From: the human T2T-CHM13v2.0 reference genome, Homo sapiens
Reading direction: 5' to 3' (one strand)
Length of the DNA stretch: 64,000 nt
NCBI RefSeq assembly: GCF_009914755.1
Contig: NC_060927.1
The notes below the pieces were generated by a model. It ran no database searches. It was not told the DNA's origin and was given only the letters and a program-made list of their open reading frames with translations. Within the stretch, counting starts at the first letter, position 1. Every line of letters begins with the position of its first letter. The position numbers and the translations under genes are program-made. Below are positions 12,399 through 23,730 of this stretch, one piece after another.

Positions 12399-12604
12399 CA
12401 GTGGTCAGCAAATTGTTTCTATTAAAAGCCAGATAGTAAATATTTTAGACTTTGCAGGCCACATGAGCTCTATTGCAACTACTCAGCTCTGCTGTTGTAA
12501 TGTGGAAGCAGACATTGACAATCTGTAGACAACTAGACATGGCTTTGTTCCAATAAAACTTTATTTACAAAATCAGGAGGTGGGCCAAAGTTTGCTAACC
12601 CCTG
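12399..12604. mobile_element. MER58A (hAT MITE); a second degenerate copy lies at ~59960-60160
   Basis: cagtggtcagcaaa...ccagatagtaaatattttag...gttccaataaaactttatttacaaaa...tttgctaacccctg. Confidence 0.85.
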
Positions 12605-12964
12605 TCTTAGCAGATTAGACAACTTGGGGAGAAAATTGTCTCTATTTATACAAAGTGTGACTGATATTATAGAACAGTATTTTAAAAATGTAACTTGTGT
12701 CTTCAAGGTCAATAAAGTGTTGTCTTCTGTGAGCTAAAAGGAGGGCAGAAGTTAACAGTCTTGTTTCTTCAGTTCCAAAGTACGCATTAAATAAAAACAT
12801 TGCATTCCTAAAATAGGGATTCATCTTAGAGTTGCAGCATACATTTAACACGGTAGCATTTCTCCAGCCCTCTACAACATTGTTTCTTAACTGAGTGGTA
12901 TGTACAGTGAAGTGAAAAGTCATATATAAAGTGACATCAGATCAGTTTGAAACAACTTGTATAA

Positions 12965-13370
12965 AGAAGTTCAAGTCTGCAGCAGTAAGCTGTGGTCACG
13001 CCGCTGCACTCCAGCCTGGGTGACAGACCAAGACCCTGTCTCTTTAAAAAGAAAAAAAAATGGGTAGGCATAGTGGCTCAACACCTGTAATCCCAGGAGT
13101 TTGAAAGGCTGAGGCATAAGGATTGCTTGAGCCCAGGAGTCCAAGAATGGTCTGGGTAACATCATGAGACCTCACCTCCACAAAAAATTAAAAATTAGCC
13201 CAGCATGGTGGCATGTGGCTGCAGTCCCAGCTACTTGGGAGGCTGAGGTGGGAGGATCACTTGAGCCTGAGAGGTTGAGGCTGCGATGAGCTGTGATTGT
13301 TCCAGCCTGGGTAACAGAGCAAGACCCTGTCCAAAAAAAGAAAAAAAAAAAAAAAAGAAAGAAAAGAAAC
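12965..13370 (+). mobile_element. 5'-truncated Alu end (12965-13060) followed directly by a full AluJ (13061-13370)
   Basis: Two successive ...cactccagcctggg...polyA ends. Confidence 0.88.
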
Positions 13371-15616
13371 CAGCCTCAGAGAGGGAGCTGGTATGAGACA
13401 TTATGTTTGGCTCCTCAGCTAACAAGGTGACAGGATATGAGAAGTTGAATTTCTAAGTCAAGGAAGCCAACACATTTCCATCTAGGAGAAACTCCATGTC
13501 TTGCCTTGGTAAGCGAGTTGAATTCATTTGGAACCAGCAGTAGAAAACTGCTGTTTCTTTTCCAAAGTAAAATACAATATATGACCAGTGTCACTTCGCT
13601 TAAGGAAGTCAATTCAGTAGTGGCTGAATTATCACAAATTCCAAATTAGTATGTGGGTCTGAGAGAATGAGCCAGGATGCACCAGTATATTCACATTTTT
13701 TAAGGAAAGCATTTTTTAAACAAAGGGTCGTTAAAGATAGGGGCCAAGAAGAAAATGCCAAAAATTCTAGAGGGAACACCCACAGTCTAAATCTAAAACA
13801 CCTTATCTTGGAATGACGAAACAAAAGTTTAAATAGCCCCAGAGACTCTCGCTATTAACAATGAGAAGTCGAATCATTCAAGTCTAAAAATGCCTGGCAG
13901 TCTACTACGGTCCTCAGGATGCATGCCTGCTTTTCTTTTGACTTTCATTTCTTCTTCCATATTCAGAGTCACACAAGTGCCTTCTGATTGGGTACATGTA
14001 TTTTTTTGGTTCCATTTGATTGGGCTGTCAAGCTACAAATTAGAATGAGATCCTCTGGACTTTGCTAAAATTGTGATTGCTTTCTATTGTCTTGAGTAGG
14101 AATCCTCTTGCATGAGAATGTGCACATGGCCCCAGATATAGGCCACCCATTGTCCATGGGGAGTGACTTTGGGAACTGACTTCACTTTAGGGGTCAGGGC
14201 ACTGTTCACTCTAGGAAACTTCTTTCCACTTAAAAAGTTTAAAGGCAAACTCAGTTCCAGGCAAAGGTTTCATGACACAATGTGGTGTCCTCCATGCTAG
14301 AAAACTTTCCAAGAGGAAAAAATAACTATAATAATAAACGAGGCTAATCTGGGTGTTGTCTGTTCCATTTATAATGCAGAATTAGAACTATTTTCCTCAC
14401 TGATGGCTTTTACCAAAAAAACTAAGTCATCTGCAGGCAAATGAGCGGCTGTCTGAAAAGAATGGACTTGAGCTAGTGACTGCTATCTTAGAGACTCATG
14501 TAGCATCAGACTTCCTTTCTGGGAGTGGGGGAGTAAGGGGGTTACACACACGCCCCTAATTTGAGGCCAGACATCTGGGCTCTTCTCCCCTCCTGTAAGC
14601 ATTTCAATGGCTGTGTTTTAGGAAAAGGTCTAGGAAGAGGAACAATGGCAGACACTATAACCCAGCACCAAATGACTCATCAGAGAAGTCAGTGCCAGGT
14701 GTTACTTAGAGAGAGGGACTTTCTGAGGTCTCTGAAGACTAGAACACCGTTCTGATGCTCTCTCGCTACACCCATCCCATAGCCACCCTGGTATCAGGGC
14801 CCTGCCAGCAGAGTAGCTTAGGCTTTTCCTAGCCAGAGTCTTCTTTCAGCCACCCAGGGCTACCTAGTTCCTGGGGACTCTAGATATAAAAAGAAGCCCT
14901 GGCCAAGAAGGCAGAAAGTCTGAGTTCAGATCTGAGCTTTACCACAGAGTGGCTCTAAACCTTCATGTTCAACTGTACAATGGGACTATCCGTCCTATCC
15001 GCCTCTCAGGTAGATGAAATGGGGTAGGCAATACGAAAGAGCTGTGTACATTGTCAAGAGCCCTATTCATGTGTGGCCTGCTTAATGGCTCCCTCCTAAT
15101 CTGATTTGAGATGAGCATTCTTTCAGCAGCATTTAATGGGCTAAGTCAGATACATTCAAACATTTTTTGAACTATTAATGTCAATGAAATTTTACACAGT
15201 CTCTCCATATATAAAGTAAATGAAAGTAGGGCTGCAAGAATCAGCAGGAAGAGGGGAGCTAGAGACTTCCCCCAATACCACCCGACCCATCAGCCTCTCA
15301 TGGCAGCATCCAAGGCCTCTGCACAGACCCCTAGGGCTCCCAGCGACCAGGTGCAAAAAGCTCTAGACCAGACCATGCCAAAAGGCTTATTCCTGGCTAG
15401 TGGCAGCATTAACAGAGAGCAGTAGAAGCGTCCTGCCCCTCCCAGTCTGCCAGTTCCTTAAGGAAGGACCTTGAGAGGGGAGAGAAGGCAACTTGACAGC
15501 ATGGTTCAAATCAAAGAGGCAGGAAAGGGGCTGTCATCAGGGGCTTGGAGGGGACTGCAAAACGTGCCTACAGATGAGGCGGGAAATTTGGGCAAAGGTT
15601 ATCAAGGCCACGTTTA

Positions 15617-16042
<426 letters not shown>

Positions 16043-16490
16043 CTATGGGAGATTTCCTCAAGTTTGTTTTCTTAACCATCCAACCACATGGAGCAGCATT
16101 TTGGCCCCAGAGCTGCCGGTTTCCAGACCAGATTTCAGGATCTTCCACATAGAGGACATGAGGCTTCTGTCCCACGCAAAATGCTGATGTCCGGTGGGGG
16201 AAACAGCTTTGAAAAGGACCTGGTGCTGACCCGCAGATGGTTCCTTCTGTCTAACCAAACTCTGAATGGGAAACAATAGATTATACACATAAAAAACGAT
16301 CTATGGCAGCTCCTGGCCTCAGATAACTGGGGAGGACTTGCTCCGTCCTGTTCTCTTCCCAAACTGACAGTCCACATGGCACTTGGAAAACAAAGTTCAA
16401 AAACAACAATGTTTATTTCTTTGGCCTGCGTCATCATAGATCACCAGATATTCAGCATGGAGCAGAGGAAAATTATAACCGGGAAAATAT

Positions 16491-16620
16491 AGCTGGGTGT
16501 GGGGATGCTCACTTGTAGTTCCAGCTATTCAGGAGGCTGAGGCAGGAGGATCTCTTGAGCCTAAGAATTCGAGACCAGCCTGGGCAATATAGCAAGACCC
16601 ACCTCTTAAAAAAAGAAAAG
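16491..16620 (+). mobile_element. FLAM (free left Alu monomer)
   Basis: Single ~120-bp monomer with A-rich tail. Confidence 0.8.
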
Positions 16621-17869
16621 AAATACAGGGAAAATACCAGGACAGTTGAGGCAAGTCGGCATTAGTTACTGTCAGTAATACAGCCTAGAAACAGTATGTC
16701 CAGGGGAGCCTGTCATGGCCTGGTGTTTTGCCTATGGGTAAGTTGGGGTGCAAGTAATCCCCTTTCTGCAAATAAGGAAACCGTGGCTCAGAAAGCCCAA
16801 GGTCACAAGGTGGCTGGCGGAACAGGATAGGGGTTACTGCATTTCACAGATGATAAAATGTGTTGTAGGAATTTTATACATGAGGAAACAGGTCTGGAGG
16901 GAAATGTGACTTTCTCAAGACCATGCAGGTAAGAGGAGCAGGGCTGGGGCTGGATCCCAGTCACCCTGGTTCCTGCTCCTGAGATCTTTCTACTTTACTC
17001 CTCGTTAAGAGCGGTGGTAGAACCAGTGAAACAAGTAGCACTTATTAATCATGTTGTTGTCCGTATTTTTGTTGTTTTTCTTCTCATTTTTGGACCAAAG
17101 TTCACAGAATTCTATTAAAGTAAGTAAGCAAAGGAAGAACTGATTCTAAACAAACCCTCCTTTTTCTTGTTTCTTTATTGTAATTCTTCACTTAGATTCT
17201 GCTTGCGATGCAATTTTGTCCTCCATTCTCAACAAAACCCTGCCACCTCAATTAGTTTAATCCATACTGAGCCTGGTCTTTGCCAGCTGATGGAATCCTT
17301 GTGCTAGCCAGAGTTTGACTGTGGCTTGCTGAACCACAAGAGAGAAATATGACCTCCATTCTCAAATAATCCACACTAAGATAATGACTGGACTGGGGAA
17401 ATACTTCAGAGCCACGTATCCCAATGGAAACTTGTAAAAAGAGGCAGGAAAAAAATGGCCCGGGACCCCAGCAGATCCACCCAGATTCAAGGCACACTCC
17501 AGGGGCCCTGGAGTCTTGTTTATATTTCACTCAGACCGCAGTGGAGAGGAAAGCTCAGGGCCCAGAATCTTCCCCGGCATCTGAAGGCAGAGCTCAGAGT
17601 GTTCAGTCCTTCAGAAGGCTCTCCAAGGGCCACTTTACAAACAGGCTTTGCTGGCTTCTCCTGGCAGGAGAGTTATTTTGGAGAGAAAGTTGGGCACTTT
17701 GAGAACCCAGTGGCCTAGTTTGAGACACCAGGTTCATGCATGGGTGCCCCAGTTCTGTAAGGGTCTAGTCCCTGGTGGTCTGCTCTATACACCATGAGCG
17801 CGTGAGGACCAGGACTGTGGTGTCTTCACCCCCTGACATGGCTCCAGGCACTCAGGAGACACTTATTGC

Positions 17870-18535
17870 TCACCTGGCTGACTTCAACTGGCTCTCACCT
17901 GGTCTTCACTCTTGCCCACCATAACCCATTCCTTACAAGCCAATGTTTAACATGCATCAGCTCAAGTCCCTTCTTACTTTTAACTTTGTGATGTCTCTCC
18001 ATAGAATAAAAGCCAACTTCTTTATCGTGGCCTGAAAGATCTGGCACCTGCAAACTACCCCAGCTTCATCTCCTACCACCCCCTCCCTTGCTCACTGTGC
18101 TCCAGCCACATGGGGCCTTTTAACCATGCCTGAGACATAACAGGCAAACCCTGATCCAACCTCAGGACCTTCTCACTTTCTGTCCCCTGTGCCTGGGACG
18201 CTCCTTGCTTCCCTAGATCATCACAAGGCTCTATCTTGCCATCCAGGATCAACTCAGATGTCAGCTCTTCAGAGAGGCTGACCCTGACCACCTTATCTGA
18301 AAGGCATCACCCACCAGCCATTCCACATGACATCCTCTGCTTTGTTTTCTGTGTGGCACATATAGGAGGTACATCTTGTTTATTTACTTTTTTACTTGTT
18401 AATGATATCCCCTACTAGGATGTAAACTCCGTGGAGCAGGGGATTGTCAGTGCCTTATTCCCCAGCACCTTGATCAGTGCCTGGCAGGCACGCAGTAGGC
18501 AATCAATAAATACTGTCATGAATGAATAAATAAAT
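17870..18535 (+). mobile_element. L2a 3' fragment (other L2 pieces at ~4400-5050, 5380-5660, 10770-10930, 60200-60580)
   Basis: Ends cagtgcctggc...gtaggcaatcaataaatactgtcatgaatgaataaat. Confidence 0.75.
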
Positions 18536-18659
18536 ATTTGATAAAGGAATGAACAGGAGAAGAATTCCTATATCTAAGTTTGCTATTGTTTGCTACCAAC
18601 AGGACTGTCCTTTCTCAAGCTGGCCTATAAGTTTCTGCAGGGCAGAAGCATGTCTATTT

Positions 18660-19232
18660 CGTGCCAGAGAATGTGTCTCTGAATTAACTATATTTTCTTG
18701 TTTTCTGAATTCTTGATACGCTGGCATCTGGAGCCTTGCTGACAGAGGAGGGACTGACCCTCCCAGTGCCAGCCAGTTCTTAGAGATAGTAAATACATTT
18801 GCCTTTGATATGCAATAAATCCTGAGTCCACACTTCCCATCTGCCTCCTTTATCAGGCTTCTGCAGAGCAAGACACTATTCCCATGCCCTAAATCACCCC
18901 AAGGCCAGGTACCAGGCAACTAGGGATTATCCCGACCCCTATGGCCCAGAGCCCACCATGTTATTCAAACTCTCCAATTCCCAGGCTGCTCAGCCTGCTC
19001 ACTCTGCCTCGCTCATTTATTCCCAAGAAAACCACAATAAGGGCTCCTGCCCATGTTTTCCCCTCACTCCCTCTGCTTCTGGACCAGCCCTGGGGCTTCC
19101 CCATGTGGCCCTGCATGGCACGGCACACCCCCTCTCCAGAACTGTGAGTAATAAACTATTTTTCAATAGCCCTCATCTTCTGATCTGTTGGTCTCACCAA
19201 CCTGAATAAAAGCAAAACCTACCTTTTAATAC
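18660..19232 (+). mobile_element. ERVL-class solo LTR (MER74/MER54-like)
   Basis: accacaataagggctcctgcccatgttttcccctcactcc...gaactgtgagtaataaactat...aaaacctaccttttaataca. Confidence 0.6.
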
Positions 19233-20418
19233 AGTCTCCTGCCCCCAAACACAGATCAGCACTCAACTAACACTCAACAAATATCAAATGAGGGCAGGAG
19301 CCACACCTATCTATTCTGCCACTCCACCCCCAGAGCCTAGCACACTGCCTGGCACACAGTAGATGCATAGTAAACATCAGTTGAATGGATGAATGACTTC
19401 ACTGAGGGCCTACTAAGTGTCAGGTACTTTCCTATCTGGAGGCATAGCATATTGGGTGGAACCCAATTATGGCTGGGTTTAAATTCTGGATCTGCTACTT
19501 TGTGGCTATGTAGACTTGACAAGTGGTTTAACTTCTCCAAACCTTGGTTTTCCCATATAAAAAAGGAAAACATAGTAATAACCTCACAGAGTTACTTGGA
19601 CTCTTATGTGAATGGTTGAGGCAAAGGGTACAAAGCTGCATGTGGTACACAGTTGTCACCATGTAAGTAATTACATTTTCTTGTTTTCTCCATCATCCAG
19701 CTTTGAGGAGCAGGGATTATTATTCCCAATTTTCAGAGGAGGAAACCAACATTCTAAGAAGTGAAGACATTGCTTGCTCAAGTTCACCAAGCTAGAAAGT
19801 GGTAGAGCTGCATCTAGACCATTCATAACATATGAGAATCCAAAGTTCCCCCAGGTACAGACAGGGAGCTGGGTCTCATCGCCCCATGGGGCTCACATTC
19901 CCCACTGCTCCTTGCCCCCCATGCCTCCTGATCTTGTCTCCTGGCACTGTATCTTGGGATGCACACATAAGCCATTCAGATCAAGAACATGGATTCCAGG
20001 AATTCAAGTTAAGTTACAGTTAACACCTGTGAAATCATGATTATATTATGCTTATCAGAGAGGCAACCAGCCTTACATAGCTGTCTAGTGGGATTTAAGC
20101 CATAGCTCCCCCCACAACGCAGCTTCAACCTTTTTATTAGTTTTCAGCAATGAAAAATTGTAAGAGTCTGCAAAGAACAATATCCATACTTTGTTGAAAA
20201 ATCAGAAGGTCTGGCGACACCAGCCTTCAGGGACTTGCCTCCGCATTTCCCCTGTCCCCTGCAGCCAGGCCATCCACTCTCCCTCAGGCTATCACAGCAG
20301 CTTCCAGACAAACTTCCCTCTGTCCCTGTTCTCCAATTGTCCTTTTACACCACCTGCCACTACAGGGGGCCCAGGGAAATCTACTCCTGTGCCCTTGTAG
20401 CAGGGATTTTGAAATAAT

Positions 20419-20464
20419 TTAAAAGTAATGCCAGAACCACAATTACTATTGTACCAACCTAATA
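20419..20464. mobile_element. MADE1 (Hsmar1 MITE), half element
   Basis: aaaagtaatgccagaaccacaattactattgtaccaacctaata resembles one MADE1 arm. Confidence 0.75.
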
Positions 20465-21159
20465 GAACAAGGGTTCTATTACTATACTGTATACCATCAT
20501 TGAGTGGGATTGTGTTGAATCAACAGGTCAATTTGGGAAGAACTGACATCTCAACAATATTCAGTCTTCCAATCCATGAATATCGTATATGGTTCTATTA
20601 CCAATTTCATCAGGTCACACCCTGTTCTAAATGTCTGAGTCTTTGTTTCTGTATATCAGGTCTGAACTCCTTACAGGGGTATTCCTGCCCTTCAGGGTCT
20701 GGCCTCTAGCTACTCTTCCAGCCTCTTTTCTTTTCACATACTGTAAAGCCGTCTTGAACTGCAGTTATATTCTAATGGGAAAGACAGATAACGAACAAGT
20801 GAAGAAATACATGAACAAGATTGTAGAAGAGCTATAAAGGAGCTAAACAGAGCAGGATGATAAATGGTTATTTTGGGCCACCTTGAGATACAGCAATCTG
20901 GTAAGGCTTCTCAGAGGATGTGGCCTTTTGATCTGAGGCCTGGACAGATTTGCAGAATTGTCCGATGAGTGGTCCCAAAGGCACATCCAGGTTGTCTGCA
21001 GTGGTAGATGCCAAAATAGATCCAATCCTTCCCATCTTTCTGTCTCCATGACCCATACAATATGATTTTGCTGTCCCTCCCATCAAGAGGTACAGTCTAT
21101 TTTCCAATTCCTTGAATCTAAACTAGCCTTGTGAACTGCTTTGACCAATTGAGTGCAAA

Positions 21160-21740
21160 CACTCTTCTTCCCGCCTTCAATTGCCTTGGCACATTTGTTG
21201 AAAATCAGTTGACCATATGCATGTAGGCTTATTTTAAACTTTCTGTTCTGTTTCACTGACTTGTATGTCTATTATTCATATTTACCCATACACCACATTG
21301 TCTTGATTGCTATAGTTTTATCATAAATATTGAAATCAAATAGTGTGAGTCTTCTAACTTTGTTTTCTTTCAAAATTGTTTTTGTTTATTCTAGGTCACT
21401 TGCATTTTTTTACACCAACTTTAGAATCAGCTCAATTTGTACAAGTGAGCCTTCTGTGATTCTTGACTGTGATTGTGTGGAATCAACAGATCAATTTGGG
21501 AAGAACTGACATCTCAACACTGTTCAGTCTTCCAATCCATGAATATGGTATATGGCTCCATTTATTCAAGTTTTCTTTCATTTTTCTTATTATGGATATG
21601 TTCCATTGTAGAGTTCCATTGTAGAGATTCAACATCTTTCGTTGAATTTATTCCTAAATTGTTGATGACATTGTAATTTTTTGAAATTTTATTTTCCAGT
21701 TTGCTGCCAATATATACAAACACAATTGATTTTGTTTGAC
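21160..21740 (-). mobile_element. Ancient L1M (ME-like) ORF2 fragment, preceded by an MLT1 fragment at ~20995-21160
   Basis: tttgttgaaaatcagttgaccatatg...ttcaaaattgtttt...ttagaatcagct. Confidence 0.75.
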
Positions 21741-22138
21741 TTTCCCTGAAGGCATTTTCATCTGCTCTGTGCATGCATTTTTAGGGTTCAGCCAGAGGCT
21801 TTTGGGAGAATATAAGGAATTTGGGGGTTCCTCTTCTTCAGCTCTCTCCCATCCTGGTGTCCACCCTCACTCCCCAGTGGTTACAAGCCCAATGGAACCT
21901 AGCTCTGGTTCCCAGGCCAAGAATATGGCAGGTTTCTGTTGGTATTTTGGCTATGGTTCATTTCACTATGACTGCATCCTGCCTTCAAGCAAAAGCCATA
22001 AACCCCAGAAACTTAGTGGGTGCCTGTCCTTTCTTTCAAGGTCTGACCCTCTCCAAAATCTGCCTACTTTGATGCACTTTTTAGAACCTCAGGAGCTGAT
22101 CTTTGTATTTTATCCAGAGTTTATCATTGTTCTCTGAG

Positions 22139-22567
22139 GTATTTTAGTCAGGTTCCTGTAAAGGGACAGAACTAATAGAATAGATGTATATATAGGGAAG
22201 TTTATTAAGGAGTATTAACTCACATGATCACAAGGTACCACAATAGGCCATCTGCAAGCTGAGGAGCAAGGAAGCCAGTTCAAGTCTCAAAGCTGAAGAA
22301 CTTGAAGTCCGATGTTGGAGGGCAGGAAGCATCCAGCACAATAGAAAGATTAGGCTGGAAGGCTAAACCAGTCTTGCCTTTTCACGTTCTTCTGCCTGCT
22401 TGGCAGTTAATTAGATTGTACCCATCCAGATTAAGGGTGGGTCTGCCTTTCCCTACCCCCTGACTCAAATGTTAATCTCCTTTGGCAACACCCTCACAAA
22501 CACACCCAGGATCAATACTTTGCACCCTTCAGTTCAATCAAGTTGACACTCAGTATTAACCATCACA
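22139..22567 (-). mobile_element. MLT2A/B (HERVL) solo LTR
   Basis: Reverse strand begins tgtgatggttaatactgagtgtcaacttgattg. Confidence 0.9.
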
Positions 22568-22639
22568 GAGCGTATTCTGCCATTTGAGAAGTAGAACTCC
22601 TTGATATGAGTTTTTCCAAAAAAAAAAAAAAAAAAAAAG

Positions 22640-23730
22640 GAAAATAACAAGTGTTGGTGAAGATGTGGAGAAATTGGGGCTCTTGTGCTTTGCTGGTGGG
22701 AATGTGAAATGGTGCAGCCACTGTGGAAAACAGTGTGGTGACTCTTCAAAAAGTTAAACATAGATTTATCATACGATCCAGCACATGGATTTACTTCTGG
22801 GTAAATACCCAAGAGAACTGAAAGCAGAGACTCCAGTAGATACTCGTAAACCAATGTTCATAGCAGTATTATTAATAATAGCCAATAGATGGAAACAGTC
22901 ACATGAATGGATAAACAAAATATGATATACATATACGATGAAATATTATTTGGTCTTTTTAAAAAAGGAATAAAATTCTGATGCATGCTGTTTCCTAGGG
23001 CTGTCATAACAAAGTACCACAGACTGAGTGACTTCAACAACAGAAATTGATTCTCTCACAGTTCTGGAGGCTAGAAGTCTGAAATCAAGGTGTTAGCAGG
23101 GCTGGTTCCTGCTCAGGGCCATGAGGGCAGGATCTGTTTTAGGCCTCTCTCCTTGGCCTTAATCTAATATGACTGGTGTCCTAATATCTTCTTCTAGTAA
23201 GGTTACCAGTCCTATTGGATTAAGGCCCACCATAATGACTTCATTTTCACTTAATTATCAATGTAAAGATCCCATCTCCAAAAAAAATTACATTCTGAGA
23301 TGCCGAGATTAGGACTTCAAAATATAACATGTTATACACACATGTCTAGGCACAATTCAGCCTATAACATGTTATAACATAGATGAACTTAGAAAACACC
23401 AAGGTAAATGAATAAACCGACACAAAAGGATAAATATTATGTGATTCCACATATACGAGGTGCCTAAAGTTGTAGCCAGATTGATACAGACAGCGGAATA
23501 GAGGTTACCAGGGGCTGGGAGAAGGGAAGGAGGGATGCAGAGTTATTGTGCTATAGAAAGGGCACATAGTGTCTGTTTGGGATGATAAAAAAAATTCTGC
23601 AGATGGATGGTGGTGGCGGTTGCACAATCATGCAAATGTACTTAATGCCACTGAATTATACACTTAAAAATGGCTACAACGGTAAGTTTTATGTTGTATA
23701 TATTTTACTCCAATAAAAATATTTTTTAAA
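22640..23730 (+). mobile_element. L1MB-like 3' end, interrupted by an MLT1B/C LTR (-, ~22985-23369)
   Basis: ataacaagtgttggtgaagatgtggagaaattgg...gtacttaatgccactgaattatacacttaaaaatgg; LTR gggctgtcataacaaagtaccacagact...cacaattcagcctataaca. Confidence 0.85.
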
